Assembly: GCF_000341895.1 (NCBI RefSeq)
Contig: NC_020409.1
Location: 2,190,001-2,222,000, forward strand
Reading direction: 5' to 3'
From: Pseudodesulfovibrio piezophilus C1TLV30
GTDB taxonomy: Bacteria; Desulfobacterota; Desulfovibrionia; Desulfovibrionales; Desulfovibrionaceae
Length of the DNA stretch: 32,000 bases
A program made the translations under genes and the position numbers. Below, one piece after another: positions 31,853 through 32,000 of the stretch (position 1 is the first letter of the stretch; each line of letters opens with the position of its first letter). The notes beneath the pieces are model-generated. The model saw nothing but the letters and a program-made list of their open reading frames with translations, was not told where the DNA came from and did no database searches.

Positions 31853-32000
31853 GTTTTCCTGGCTCCCGAAATGTGAAGGAAACGTGTCAAAAGGAGGGCA
31901 TTCCGCTACATAAGTCCAAACAGCCCAAGGTCAAGCTCGGAGAACACTCCTATACACTGCCTATAACCCAGGATGAGGAAGAATAGCCAGCAGGGACCAT

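Noticed and set aside
1-32000. Scan for CRISPR arrays, IS elements/transposases, integrases, toxin-antitoxin pairs, rRNA, and defence-system hallmarks (nucleases, RTs, large ATPases)
   Set aside because: I saw no regularly spaced repeats and no protein with transposase, integrase, RT or nuclease motifs. All long ORFs are accounted for by metabolic, glycan or signalling functions.

Overview
This is a 32-kb bacterial chromosomal segment, mid-50s %GC by eye. The gene style is reminiscent of Desulfovibrionales-type Deltaproteobacteria, but that is an unverified guess. All calls come from motif recognition by eye, since no database search was possible.

nt 21-25431 is one dense glycan-biosynthesis/glycosylation island of 22 genes.
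- Operon A (+, 21-10419, 9 genes): SPASM radical SAM, TagD-like cytidylyltransferase, AsnB-like amidotransferase, TagF-like glycerophosphotransferase, CgeB-like GT, TPR-TylF methyltransferase, GT4, small SAM-MTase, B12-binding radical SAM.
- A 560-bp spacer follows. Its 3' half is strikingly AT-rich and carries a promoter candidate: a sigma54-like TGGCCT-N5-TTGCA overlapping a perfect TATAAT.
- Operon B (+, 10980-22508, 11 genes): HddC-GmhB fusion, SDR, Zn-ribbon C-methyltransferase, RmlC-like cupin, second SDR, HddA-like kinase, second C-MT-like protein, MiaB/RimO-like radical SAM, second SPASM radical SAM, orphan GT-A-like protein, CMP-sugar-synthetase-like fusion.
- A bidirectional hairpin terminator separates operon B from a convergent minus-strand pair (GT2 with a TPR-like tail, and a Maf/DUF115-like transferase).

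Most gene junctions are ATGA/TAATG overlaps, which indicates translational coupling. No flippase, polymerase, exporter, initiating phosphoglycosyltransferase or multi-pass membrane protein is visible. Together with Maf and the TPR-tagged transferases, this argues for cytoplasmic protein (flagellin?) glycosylation with a heavily tailored heptose/glycerophosphate-containing glycan. This island is the best candidate for an undescribed system in the window.

nt 25.6-32 kb looks like core genome: glutamine-dependent NAD synthetase, a small membrane-anchored protein, a geranylgeranyl-reductase-family flavoprotein, initiator tRNA-fMet, an RRM-type RNA-binding protein, a 540-bp ORF-free gap, and a PAS-PAS-SpoIIE/PP2C phosphatase on the minus strand. 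No CRISPR, IS/transposase, integrase or rRNA was seen.
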